Source of the DNA: Spongospora subterranea f. sp. subterranea
Lineage: Eukaryota
NCBI GenBank assembly: GCA_049724395.1
Contig: JAUGWO010000136.1
Coordinates: forward strand, 62,001-126,000
DNA: 64,000 nt
Direction of reading: 5' to 3'
Shown: in pieces, positions 52,790 through 64,000 of the stretch
How the letters are laid out: the number at the start of each line of letters is the position of its first letter
How positions within the stretch are numbered: the stretch's first letter is position 1
The notes under the pieces: model-generated
Told to the model about the DNA's origin: nothing
The model's input: only the letters and a program-made list of their open reading frames with translations
The model's database searches: none
Translations under genes and position numbers: made by a program

Positions 52790-53458
52790 ATGATGAAACT
52801 GGCTCTATTTTTCTTGATCATATATGTAGTGAGCGGTCAAAATATGGGTCCTCCTAATGGAATGTGGAACAGGCCACGACCTGATTCCCGTTGTGGTCCT
52901 CAATTCGATTGGTCAGGTTGTATAGATGGTCTCTGCTGCTCTCAATCTGGTTTCTGTGGATCGACGCCAATGCATTGCAATTGGCAGGATGGCATGCAGG
53001 GGCAGTTCAACCAAGGCCAATTCCCTCCCAATCAGTACAATGGGATGCAATACCCCAACGGTGGAATGCAATATAATGGAGGAGGCAGCATGGGTCCTCC
53101 CAATGGAGCCTGGAACAGGCCACGACCTGATTCCCGATGTGGTCCTCAATTCGATTGGTCAGGTTGTGGAAATGGTCTCTGCTGCTCTCAGGCTGGGTTC
53201 TGTGGATCGACGCCAATGCATTGCAATTGGCAGGATAACATGCAGGGGCAATTCAACCAAGGCCAATTCCCTACCAACCAATACAATGGGATGCAATATA
53301 ATGGGGGAGGCGGAATGGGTCCTCCCAATGGAGTTTGGAACAGGCCACGACCTGATTCCCGATGTGGTCCCCAGTTTGATTGGTCTGGTTGCAATGATGG
53401 TTCTTGCTGTTCACCTTCTGGATTCTGTGGCTTCTCGCCAATGCATTGCGGACAATAA
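52790..53458 (+). CDS. Secreted protein with three CBM18/hevein-like chitin-binding repeats
   Basis: Signal peptide MMKLALFFLIIYVVSG, 3x RCGPQFDWSGC..GxCCSxxGFCG..PMHC, Q/N/G-rich linkers. Confidence 0.9.
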   Translation: MMKLALFFLIIYVVSGQNMGPPNGMWNRPRPDSRCGPQFDWSGCIDGLCCSQSGFCGSTPMHCNWQDGMQGQFNQGQFPPNQYNGMQYPNGGMQYNGGGSMGPPNGAWNRPRPDSRCGPQFDWSGCGNGLCCSQAGFCGSTPMHCNWQDNMQGQFNQGQFPTNQYNGMQYNGGGGMGPPNGVWNRPRPDSRCGPQFDWSGCNDGSCCSPSGFCGFSPMHCGQ

Positions 53459-53584
53459 ATACATCGAAAACCATTAAATGAAGATTGTCGAGTGTGGTCT
53501 TTTGGTTTATGGGATATTTATCGATCCAGTATATATTCACGATCGGAATATCCAAAGGTGATAGCGATTTCCTTGTGAATAGGG

Positions 53585-55189
53585 ATGGGTGCATTCAGCG
53601 TGGAACCTTTATCAGATCTATTACCACGATTGCCCAAGAATGTTCGCCCACAATCAGCAATGTCAAACAGCTATATAGCACCTTACGATCAGGATTTACT
53701 ACCGTCACCTCCATCAACTACAAAACTTCAACGAAGGCCATCATCAAGGTTTGTATTCTATTCTATTCGATAACAAGACCTAAATATTGTTTTAAAGAAG
53801 TGGATCTCGAGCTTTGACCCCAACATCGACGTCATCGTCTGCCCGGACCCCTGAGGGCGATGTTAAGTCGAGTGCCCAGTTCGATGTAGCAGATCGTACT
53901 CAATCTGGTCGTCCCACCATAACTCCACGACATGCACTGTTTCAGCGACATATCAAGAAATCCCAATCCAATATCAACTCGTTAATGGCTAAGGTCGATA
54001 TCCATTTGGGCAGGTTTGGTCATGAGGTGAATGAGTCTCGATATGCTAATCCTCATCCTTGTTTCGCAGTGGATTCCTTTTGCGAAATATGTTTTGCCTT
54101 TTCGACCGCTACAAGCGAAATCGCGTCTCTTATGAAGACTTCAGGGAGGCCATAAACAAGCTGAGGGTACCAGGAGGGGAGCCAGAAGCTTTGGCATTAT
54201 TTGATGAATACGATAGGAAGAACAAAGGTATTGAAGAAAATCCGACTTTACAGACTAGGATATCCAAATAAGGATTAGGTTTTCTGGAATTCGAAGATTT
54301 CCAGGCAGTTCAGATGCAGAATTGTAAAGGAACTGGTAGATCGCCGTTCTTGTGGCGGCGCGACAGATTAGCAAAACACCGCATCCTTTTGTTAACGCCC
54401 ATAGGCAATTCCGAACATCTGGCTCAAATATTTCGGGACAAAGTTCACCAGCGAGTTCGAGGGAGGCGCAATATCATAAAAGCCTTTACAAGTGGGGATC
54501 ACGGTGACAACAGCTCAGCCGTTGCTGGAAAATTTCTGAGTACACCATTGCACAATAGTTTCCCATATTGACTACAACCAATTTCAAAATGGATGCGCCC
54601 GATTCGGTCTCAACGTGTCTGAGACCGATTCGAAACAGCTCTTCTCGTTTTTCGATAGAAATCAAACTGGTTTCGTCAAAACTGATAACCTGGTTGATAT
54701 GATATCAGAAGATCCATGGACTGCAGCAAATCAAAAGGTAAAACAAACTTTGCTATCTTGTGCATCTTGCCCATATTTCTGCGTAGAAACTTCCACCATA
54801 TTTGTGCACTTTCGACGATGCTGAACGGCGACGGTACAAAACTGTTAAAGAAGCGGATTCTGGCCGTCAATACAGGGAGGCATTAGTGACACTAAAGAGT
54901 GTTGCAAGTGAAGGTGATGATCACCTTCAGTTCATAACGAATGAATTCGAGAAGCATAAGGGAACATTGACGTATCCACAATTTCATAAAGCTTTACGAG
55001 AAAAAAAGACGAGTATTCCAATCAACACTCAGGTAATACGGCGCAAATTGAACACAATTTGTTTAATGATTGTATAATGATATTTTGTTTGGGCAGGATA
55101 CGAGAATTGTGTTCGAGAAGATCGCTCGTGCAAACGAGGAAATATCATTGCCTGAATTTTTAAAAATCATATCTTCTAATACATCATGA
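53585..55189 (+). CDS. EF-hand calcium-binding protein (multi-exon)
   Basis: FDRYKRNRVSYEDF, FDEYDRKNKG|FLEFEDF, FFDRNQTGFVKTDNL, ISLPEFL. Confidence 0.7.
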
Positions 55190-55257
55190 TGATAAAAAGG
55201 ATGAATCACGATATTACTGTAGGTTATATTGGAACACTGATGATTAAAAGTGTGGTG

Positions 55258-58200
55258 TTATACAATTGGCAGAAGAGACAGTTGTAGGCGAAAAGGGACC
55301 GTGTCGGAAACGCCAAGTTCGACCTGAAACGGATCGAATATGTGCAGCTTCTTTTCATCCCCTCCACCCCACTTCAGTAAAATGTGTTTGGGTTCAGATG
55401 CGCTGGAGACGATTTTGGCAATTTCGGTGTTAGCTATCCTGTCGATATTGATATGTTCCTGATGGTGATAAGCACAAATTACATGCATGGATTAAAGAAA
55501 ACGAATTCAAAATATTTACTTCTAGACCTAATCTAGGAATGTAGACTAGAAAGGCTTTGATCCCCATATCCAATACATATCCTGTTTCGATGATAGGCGA
55601 TTGGCGCGCAAGAACAGATAAATACATTAATAGCGACATATCTTGGGCCTCTTTTGCCCTAAACAAAAATCAGACAGTCAAGAAAACAAAATATCTACCT
55701 TACTGTTGTTTCATGGCATTGCATCGCTCAGCAAGGGCGTCCACTGAATCAGATGATGGCATACACAACGAAAAGTTTTCACCGTTTTTGGCTGCAGCGT
55801 CCTTAAGTAAACAGTAGTTTAGCATCCGATGAACGATAACATCGGCATAGCTGCAACGGCATCTCAGAGCGCTGTCAACCACACTGACAACAAATTTGAA
55901 GAAAATACCGTCGAATCGGAGATGTAAAGTGAGTATAAGAATGGAAACTGCAATACAGTAAGTTAATGACAAGATGTAATTTAGCACTAAAGCTAACCCT
56001 AAAGCATAATGTGAATATCCGCCCTCTTCACATGTATCAGCCGGTAATGCCTCCATGCCACTAATACAGCAATACTGAGCACGACGCATCGCAACAGTCA
56101 ACAGAACACAGATAAATTCGCGAATTTTTGCATCTAATGAGAGATGATCAAAAAACGAAAAAAGCGATGAAGCAAATTAACCTTGAATATTCATAAGACT
56201 AGTATGCAATGATTTGGCAGAGCGACCATCGATTTCATAGCCTAACTTGCTGCATGACGAAATGACCTGCTCTAATTTCCTTAACGATGGCGGGTCATGA
56301 CGGCGCAATAGCGCCACATCAGGAACATCATGAGCCAGCTTTTCAGCAACCATCATATTCGCTAACAGCATGAATTCTTCGATCATTCGGTTCTGATCAA
56401 GTATCAGCATGAAATCAAACTATGATACAAGGAAAAAGTCCATACAGAATCATGCAATTCGTAAGGGCTGACAGATGTTGGGTTGTAATCATCATCTAGA
56501 GAGAAATGCATTTTTGGACGATGCATTTGCAATGATCCAGTCTTCAAAGCGATGTTCACGTCGTGCCATGGCGATCTAGGCAACCTGCAGTTAACAGAAC
56601 GACCAATTCGATGAATGCTCCATTACCAACCTCGAGAAGAATTTTACAATCATCAGCTATTTGCTTAGGTGTAAAAGAACCCGGGCACTGGATAGTTTCA
56701 GGATCGAGACTGCCATCCGCTAGACCTTGAGCTGTGGCGTAGTCGAGTTTGGCGCAGGACCGAATTACAGTCCTGCCGAACCAGGGCGCTGAACCAGATA
56801 CTAACCGGCCTAACATATAATGTCAGGATGGACGAAGAAATCATTATGCATTTGCCATCGATTACCATTTCGGTCCATTTTCCATACAACACTAAACGCT
56901 AATCGGTCGGTACCCGGATTCAAACTGCACAGCTGCTCGCAGAGAATAGGAGGTAGCATTGGAATCACCTTCTGAACAAGATACACAGATGTACAACGGC
57001 GCTGCGCTTCTGCATCTAGCACAGAATCTGAACCCAGTTCTGAGTAAAGTCAAAAACCCGCTTAAACTGAAGCAGATACCTTCTGGAATGAAATATAAGA
57101 CACGTCGGCAATATGAACACCAATCTGTCAACATGTCAAGACGGTTATGGCTATGTGGGCAGGAGATGCGAAATCAAACCTCGAAGGTATTATCGTCGAT
57201 TTGTGTGATTGATAAGGCATCATCTAAATCTCTAGCTGTAGGAGGATCAATCGAGAATACTCTCTTATTACGGAAGTCCTGAGAAGGAATTTATAATTAT
57301 GAAGTACCTCCAAAGGAAAACCGCTGATACCGATCTTGCTGCAATAGTTTCTTCAGGAATAATCCAAGCTTGATGGGGATTTTCAGGGAAGGTAAAACCG
57401 GAATCAGAGAGAAACTGATGAATCTAGCGCCATGCTTAATTTAAAGGTACCAAACAGCAGTTGATGAGCTAACATTTTCAGAAAATGATTCATCGTGCTG
57501 AATCTTGTTCGATTTCAGCAAAGCTGTCGTCTCGCTCTCAACATCTCCTGATGCGCCAATTTTACTTAGATTTCGTAACCGTGGCGACCGCTGATAGAGA
57601 CAAGGTCGTCAACATTTTGAAGAAACTGTAAGCGATACACTTTACCTGATTCGTCGACCATTGACCAAAATTTGAGGAATAAATGCTGTTCCAAGCTGCT
57701 GACGCAATTTCTGGATCGGGCGACTTCAACGCAAGGGGCCATAAATGGTTTTGGACGAATGCTCTGAGGAACATATGGGACAAATGCTGCAAAATGAATT
57801 GGGTAGTCCAATACCGAGGAATTTTTTTCGATGTTGGTTGAAACATAACAACGGTAGATGGAGTCAGCACCGTTGGAGTTTGTACTGCAGTAACAGGGTC
57901 GACTTCGAGGGCATCCGGGGAATCACGAGCTGATATCACGCGTAAATAGCCGACAATATTGCACAAGGCGTTGTCTGGTCTGGAAATGATCCCCACAATC
58001 TCTCCAGTGCGTTGCAACTATATGGGTATTAGGTCAATCAGCAGCAACACGAAAAAAGGTTACCTCCTGTTTCGCATCACAAGAGAGATCAATAGCATCA
58101 ATTTTTTCGGCGATGTCGTCAATAGAGCTCGACAGCAGCGGAACATCAAGTAATTCATCATCTGGTATCAGAGCGATATCTATGCGACTGATAAGTGTCG

Positions 58201-59436
58201 ACTTAACAAGAAGTTTACTCTTATTACCAGAGGCAGGCTCGATAGATGCGCCTTTGCGTTTAATCCATTCAGTTGACGCAAACAAGCGAACAGCAACGAC
58301 ATCTCCATCAAATGAGCGATTACGATTCTTCGGACCAATAATTAACACGTCGCCAGCAACATCAGTCGCTAAAACCCCTATCCGTCAGCATTTCATTCCC
58401 CATGTGTTAAATTCATTGACACCTTTCACGCGAATCCAGCATTCTCGCGTATTTTTGGCATTGACGTGAACAATACCAGAAATTAAAGTACCATCATCAA
58501 GGCCTGATTGTATCGATTCAGGAGACAAATATTCGTCAAACCAAACTCGAGGCGGACGACGCGACGAAGACGGGGTCTGCCCTTTCGGAGATTCTTCTGC
58601 AAAATCTCTATTATTCAGCCTTGATGATACGGATGGTGAACCATTCAACGTCTTCTGATCTCGACCAGAGGAGGGCAATGAACTGCGAGCTGGCCTTCGC
58701 GGTGCTGATATGGAATTCAGCATGAGAAACAAGAGATATCTCGATAAGGACCATACTTTGATATGGTCGAATTTGAGGTGACGTCGTCACATCAAATTCT
58801 GAAGAAGCCACTCCTTTTGGCTCTGTACGAGGTGCGAATTTTGAATTATTTAGGTTCGTTTCTACGCGGCGTGGGTGACTGTTCGACAGTGTTGGGCAGT
58901 CATTGATGAAATGTCCTTCAAAAGAGGTTAAACAAAAACACAGATAAAATACGGTGAGTACCTGGCTGATTACATCTATGACAAACATAACCACGTCGGG
59001 GGGTTGTGGTCTCCTGTGTGCCGGTATTACCTGATGCTGAGACAGAGCCATCATTGGGAAGACGGCGGTGATCACGAGGAGTCGGCATGGACGACGACGA
59101 GGAACATGGCTTAGCATTTTGCAATACAAGAACAGAATTCGGTATAGGAATTGAGTTATTTGCCGGTGACACTTTAGGTGCATAGTGACGTCGTTCGTTC
59201 TTTGTGGAAAGTGGTGCGTGTTGTTGTGCAAGAGGAAGCAGGGGTTCATCATGAGTGGGTACAGGAACAGACCCTTGTACAAATTTATGATATACTTGAG
59301 GGACAGCAGGCTTGGGCATGTGGTTTCGCCCACTCCACTGCTCTTCGAGTGTAGGTGAAAATTTCGCAATGGGCAATTCATTTTCTTGCGGCCAATCAAT
59401 CGGTTCAACAGTAATTTCTTTTCTCCATTTAGACAT
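55258..59436 (-). CDS. DIS3L2: DIS3-like exonuclease 2 (RNB family) with an N-terminal CCHC zinc knuckle (multi-exon)
   Basis: [94 protein letters not shown]; no PIN domain seen. Confidence 0.88.
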
Positions 59437-60160
59437 TATCCATTTAGGGCTCTGAGATCTAACTGGGAACTCGGAGAGGGCGATTCTGAATCGAGGCAAG
59501 GTATTATCCACGGGCTGAAAGCGAATATGACCAGTTGAACCAGAACGCGAATGCACCCTGGTCAAATTGGACAGATCTGAAGGTACCAGATGACCGGCGA
59601 CAGTTCTGCCATAGAGAGAGCTAACCCTATTCCGAGTCAAAGGGCTGCCTCGTGTCATTGATAATGTGAACCCCAGAATGATGATATTGCGGTATGGAAC
59701 TGGGAAATTGCTGCGGAGCAGGCAGGGCCCAGCACGAATGAGTGGGACCAGTCCAGTACGTAGATTGCGGGGCACTGGTCAGGGGGGTGCCGACTGTCCA
59801 GTCACTGACACAGTCAGTGGACTCAGTGCCCACTTGATAGTGTATTCCCCTTATTTCTGCCCAGATTTTGTTTTCAAAATTGTTTCCATGATCGATTTGT
59901 TGAGCTCAGAGCTTTCACTTGTGGCTTATAGCTTGTTTCCTGCCTCTATCATATCGCATTTGTATGCTCGGGTACGATTCGTAGACTGGAGTGAGAAATA
60001 TCCTATGATCCGCATAACTTTCCTTGACAGACCCACACCCGTCTTTCTGAGCTGTGTACCCTGACCTTCTTTCCTACATGGGCAACCGGAAATTTTCTTC
60101 GCCCTGACAATATTGAACCTGTCCAAATCAATTGACTTGTCGCGTGCCATATTCATTATC

Positions 60161-61953
60161 ATGTTAGCATTTCTCATTGCTGCAGCATTCAGGTTCACAA
60201 TGGGGCCTTTGATATTGATTGCTCTACAGGTGGCATATGCAAAACTAGACACATCTTGCGATCCGACCCGTATCGGTATTGATCTGCGGTCTTGCCCTCT
60301 AAAATCGATCAATGCCAGCGAAGATAGTGTGGAGTTGCATCTGATGCCGATGCACCTACAAACAGTTCACCATTCGTTCATGACTCGTGCGTATTCTGGT
60401 CGTGATCGGATACCAACAATCCCAGGACCGATTATATATATGCGACAAAATTCACAAGTTGTTTATTGCAAAACAAATTATGAATGGCCGCTCTGAATGT
60501 TTTTTGAAATCCAGGTTGAGTTAACCCTTTTTAACGATCTGGGAGACAAGCAAACGCCAAAGGGAAGTCAAATCAATGGATTCTTTGAGTATAATACAAG
60601 CAATATCCACACACATGGCCTCCATGTGTCATCAGAGGAGCCACAAGACGATGTCGCCATTCGAGTATGTATTGCACCGAATCAATGAAGAAATGATATT
60701 GGTTTTGAGGCGTTGTGATTGTAGATAGGCCCTGGGTACTCGTACAGGTATCAATATGATATCAGTGACCATTGCAGTGGGCTATTGATGTACCATGCTC
60801 ATTGCCATGGATCAGTAGCCATGCAAGTTGGAGGAGGAGCGTTTGGCCTTCTCATCGTCGAAGATGAACACTCAAATTCCCCATTCGCTTTCCTAAAGAC
60901 ACTTCCAGAATTGATGATATCTATATGGCAGTTCCCTGCGGCTTCCCTAACTATGTTCGCTGATGATGGTGACCTATTCCGACAGATCTCCGGTGATTTT
61001 ATCCCTAACCTCATTCTGATCAACGGATTTGTGCAACCAAAAATTACTATGAATCCCAGCCAATGGTGTGTAGCGCTCTCTTATGACCCTCGTCATATCT
61101 CAACTCGATTCCTAGGTATAGATGGCGAATTATTCACAGTTCTATCGAAAGTGACATCAAAGTATCTCTCAACGGATGCAGTCTAGTTCTTCTAGCACTT
61201 GATGGGATATGGTTGTCAACTCCTCGTCGGGTCAGTTCAGTGAGGTTGCTGCAGGCCTCAAGGGCTGAATTGGCTGTATCTTGTCCCGCTCGTGGCACAT
61301 TCAAGCTAACGTCCAGCGTCTCGAAAGAACATCTTGCGGTCGTTGATATTACTGATATTTCACAGATTGGCCCTAGAAACTTAGACTTATCATTATATGT
61401 TGTCCCTAGACGGCCTCCTTATCTTCGGGATACAGTTTCTTTGCCAGCTGAAATGTTCAGCAACCGTACTTTCTCTTTGGAAATTCAAAGCCCCCATCCA
61501 GATGGACGCCTAAACGGGAGACTTTTTTCTGGGGATACCAGGGACCAAGCACTGCACATAATGTCACCGGATACGATCGAACAATGGACGTTGGACATCA
61601 ATGAGCACCCATTTCACATACACACCTTCCCATTTCAGATCCAGGATGATTCCGCTGATGGATTTTATAAGAAAGGAGACTGGATCGACACATACGAAGG
61701 GCCCAAAATAGCAATCCGGTTTAACATTGGCTCTGAATTTAATGGAAAAGTGCCCATCCACTGTCATCTTGCACAGCATTCGGATATGGGAATACTCGGT
61801 ATCGCATGGATTGATGGACACTCCCGCTCAAGGAAACAGTCATTGAAGAGGATCTTGTATCGACCTAATTCGGCGTTGACTATAATATCGGTCAATTCTT
61901 TGTTGTTATGCATGGCAATATGGATCATTTTCAGAACCATCCATCATCAATAA
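60161..61953 (+). CDS. Multicopper oxidase with signal peptide and C-terminal TM helix (multi-exon; start uncertain)
   Basis: Four Cu-binding motifs: NIHTHG, YHAHCHG, HPFHIH, HCHLAQH. Confidence 0.9.
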
Positions 61954-62019
61954 GGCCTAACAGTGGTGAACATCAAAAATGCAAGGCAATATGGTAGCTT
62001 TCTCAAGTAATGGGTCCTT

Positions 62020-63343
62020 TTATGATCCCAAGCCGGGTGACTCCATGTCAGAAAAGAGTTTTACTGCGTTGCCGATGTTTTTAAGCATGTCACTGGCAAC
62101 CATGGAGAGGCCGTACTCATTGAACGTCAGCAAAGATGCCTGGCGAACGACGATACAAGCTGCAAGTGCGGCTTCAACAGATGAATGGTTCTGAGACCTA
62201 AGACTCCAACCTAACATCGTAGCGCATATCCCAGACAGTATGTCTCCTGGATGGATGTAATTTGTATGAATCTGGTGTCTTGACTAAACAATATTTACCT
62301 TGACCACTGACACGACGTCTGCTGCCCTTCCAGCCGCATACCCATGTACGACTACCGTCCGAAATAACGTCTTGATATCCTATTCAGAGTTGAATGCGAG
62401 GGCATCAATGAAATTAATCTCAGCAACCTTTGCGAACAATAGTGGATCCGGGATATTTCTGAGCTAAGGCAACCGTATCTTGAACATATGAATTATGGTT
62501 TGCCTTGACCTACAAGTTATGATAACTCAATGCGGGCATCCAACAATGCAAAAAAGGAACAACTTCAGCAAAAAGTAGACCTTCACCGAGCATATGAGGG
62601 CATGGACTAATTTCACGGGAAGGCGTATCCATCGACTTATTCCATAACATTTGAAATTCAGAAGCGTTTGGAGTCATGATTACATTATTCCACTTTGTAA
62701 TCGGCAAAGACGACAAATCACAATGAAGACCATCGCCTAAGATGGTGATTTCAGAAATTCCATTTCGGATAATGAATGGAAAGTGTTACCATCGATTATC
62801 AATGGCTTATCATTTTTTCTGCTCGCGGCCATAACGTTCCAAGCTACATTCTGAACATCGTCTTGACGCCCAAGTCCTGGTCCGATTACAATGACATGCG
62901 CCGTTCTCAGTCTCTCAAGTTGCGGGTGCCATTCATCAAAAACCACATCAAAATGCTCTGGGTAAGGCCGGACAATAATATCGGGGCTGTACGACTTGAT
63001 TGCGCTCGACGCATCTCGATGGCAGCAGATTATAGCCAGATCAGCTCCAGCTCTGGTTCAGCAATAGATCATCATTGAAAAACGGCATGCGGAAGGGTAC
63101 TTCGTAAGGACCTTAATGCTGACTTTGCAGAAAAATAGGGCGCCCCCGTATATTCGATTGAGCCGCCGACTACTGCCACCTTTCCTTTTCAAAGGCGTAA
63201 TCATATCAAGCTCATGGTGTGGCGATTCTCATGTGAAGACGGTTACCAGATGAGCCTTTGTATCCCGTGTCCTGCAATACAGGTACAAACCGACTGAGGT
63301 TATTCATCACCATCCGATCAGCCCGCTTCATATCCGGAATCAT
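62020..63343 (-). CDS. NAXD: ATP-dependent (S)-NAD(P)H-hydrate dehydratase (multi-exon)
   Basis: YKGSSG|KVAVVGGSIEYTGAPYFSA, HVIVIGPGLGR, PLIIDG, MTPNASEF, SGQGDILSG. Confidence 0.9.
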
Positions 63344-63403
63344 GTTGGGGTGTGTGTCTGTCTTAGGATAGTTCTACACAAGAGAGTCTACCCGGGGTAG
63401 TGA

Positions 63404-64000
63404 GTGGTACAGGTGTAGGTGTAGCGTTATTTACCAACTCCGTTCACTTGACGCTGTTCATGTGGTACAGGTGTAGGTGTAGCGTTATTTACTCACTTGA
63501 CGCTGTTCATGTGGTACAGGTGTAGGTGTAGCGTTATTTACTCACTTGACGCTGTTCATGTGGTACAGGTGTAGGTGTAGCGTTATTTACTCACTTGACG
63601 CTGTTCATGTGGTACAGGTGTAGGTGTAGCGTTATTTACTCACTTGACGCTGTTCATGTGGTACAGGTGTAGGTGTAGCGTTATTTACTGTTATTTACTC
63701 ACTTGACGCTGTTCATGTGGTACAGGTGTAGGTGTAGCGTTATTTACTCACTTGACGCTGTTCATGTGGTACAGGTGTAGGTGTAGCGTTATTTACTGTT
63801 ATTTACTCACTTGACGCTGTTCATGTGGTACAGGTGTAGGTGTAGCGTTATTTACTGTTATTTACTCACTTGACGCTGTTCATGTGGTACAGGTGTAGGT
63901 GTAGCGTTATTTACTCACTTGACGCTGTTCATGTGGTACAGGTGTAGGTGTAGCGTTATTTACTGTTATTTACTCACTTGACGCTGTTCATGTGGTACAG
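63404..64000. repeat. Tandem minisatellite, 49-bp unit with a 59-bp variant, truncated by the window end
   Basis: Unit gtggtacaggtgtaggtgtagcgttatttactcacttgacgctgttcat; 11 complete units plus a partial one. Confidence 0.97.

Noticed and set aside
63404..64000. CRISPR array or telomere
   Set aside because: Units are identical with no unique spacers, the context is eukaryotic, no cas genes are present, and there is no short TTAGGG-type unit.

Overview
Compact, intron-dense eukaryotic DNA with many ~45-70 nt GT-AG introns. A kinesin-2 gene and a secreted CBM18 repeat protein suggest a flagellated, chitin-walled protist such as a plasmodiophorid; this is inference only. Host genes recognised: mitochondrial mL46, an ABCG half-transporter, kinesin-2, eIF2B-alpha, two tandem copine paralogues, SNAPC1, TRAPPC5, an RsuA/RluB-type pseudouridine synthase, bleomycin hydrolase, a CNBD cation channel, XPD/ERCC2, a TPR-like protein, AKTIP-like, a 3xCBM18 protein, an EF-hand protein, DIS3L2, a multicopper oxidase and NAXD. 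The region 18-32 kb is accessory. A ~3.6 kb segment is duplicated (17975-24218 vs 25256-28821). One copy carries an intact 2616-bp IS630/Tc1-type DD34E transposon (20758-23373; 12-bp TIRs, TA duplication, empty site in the other copy) that also encodes a second, convergent, intronless 286-aa ORF of unknown function. This is the best candidate for an undescribed system. Decayed hAT, chromovirus and Penelope-like relics with fold-back repeats follow, and a 49/59-bp tandem array runs off the right end. Exon boundaries of multi-exon genes were read by eye and are approximate.
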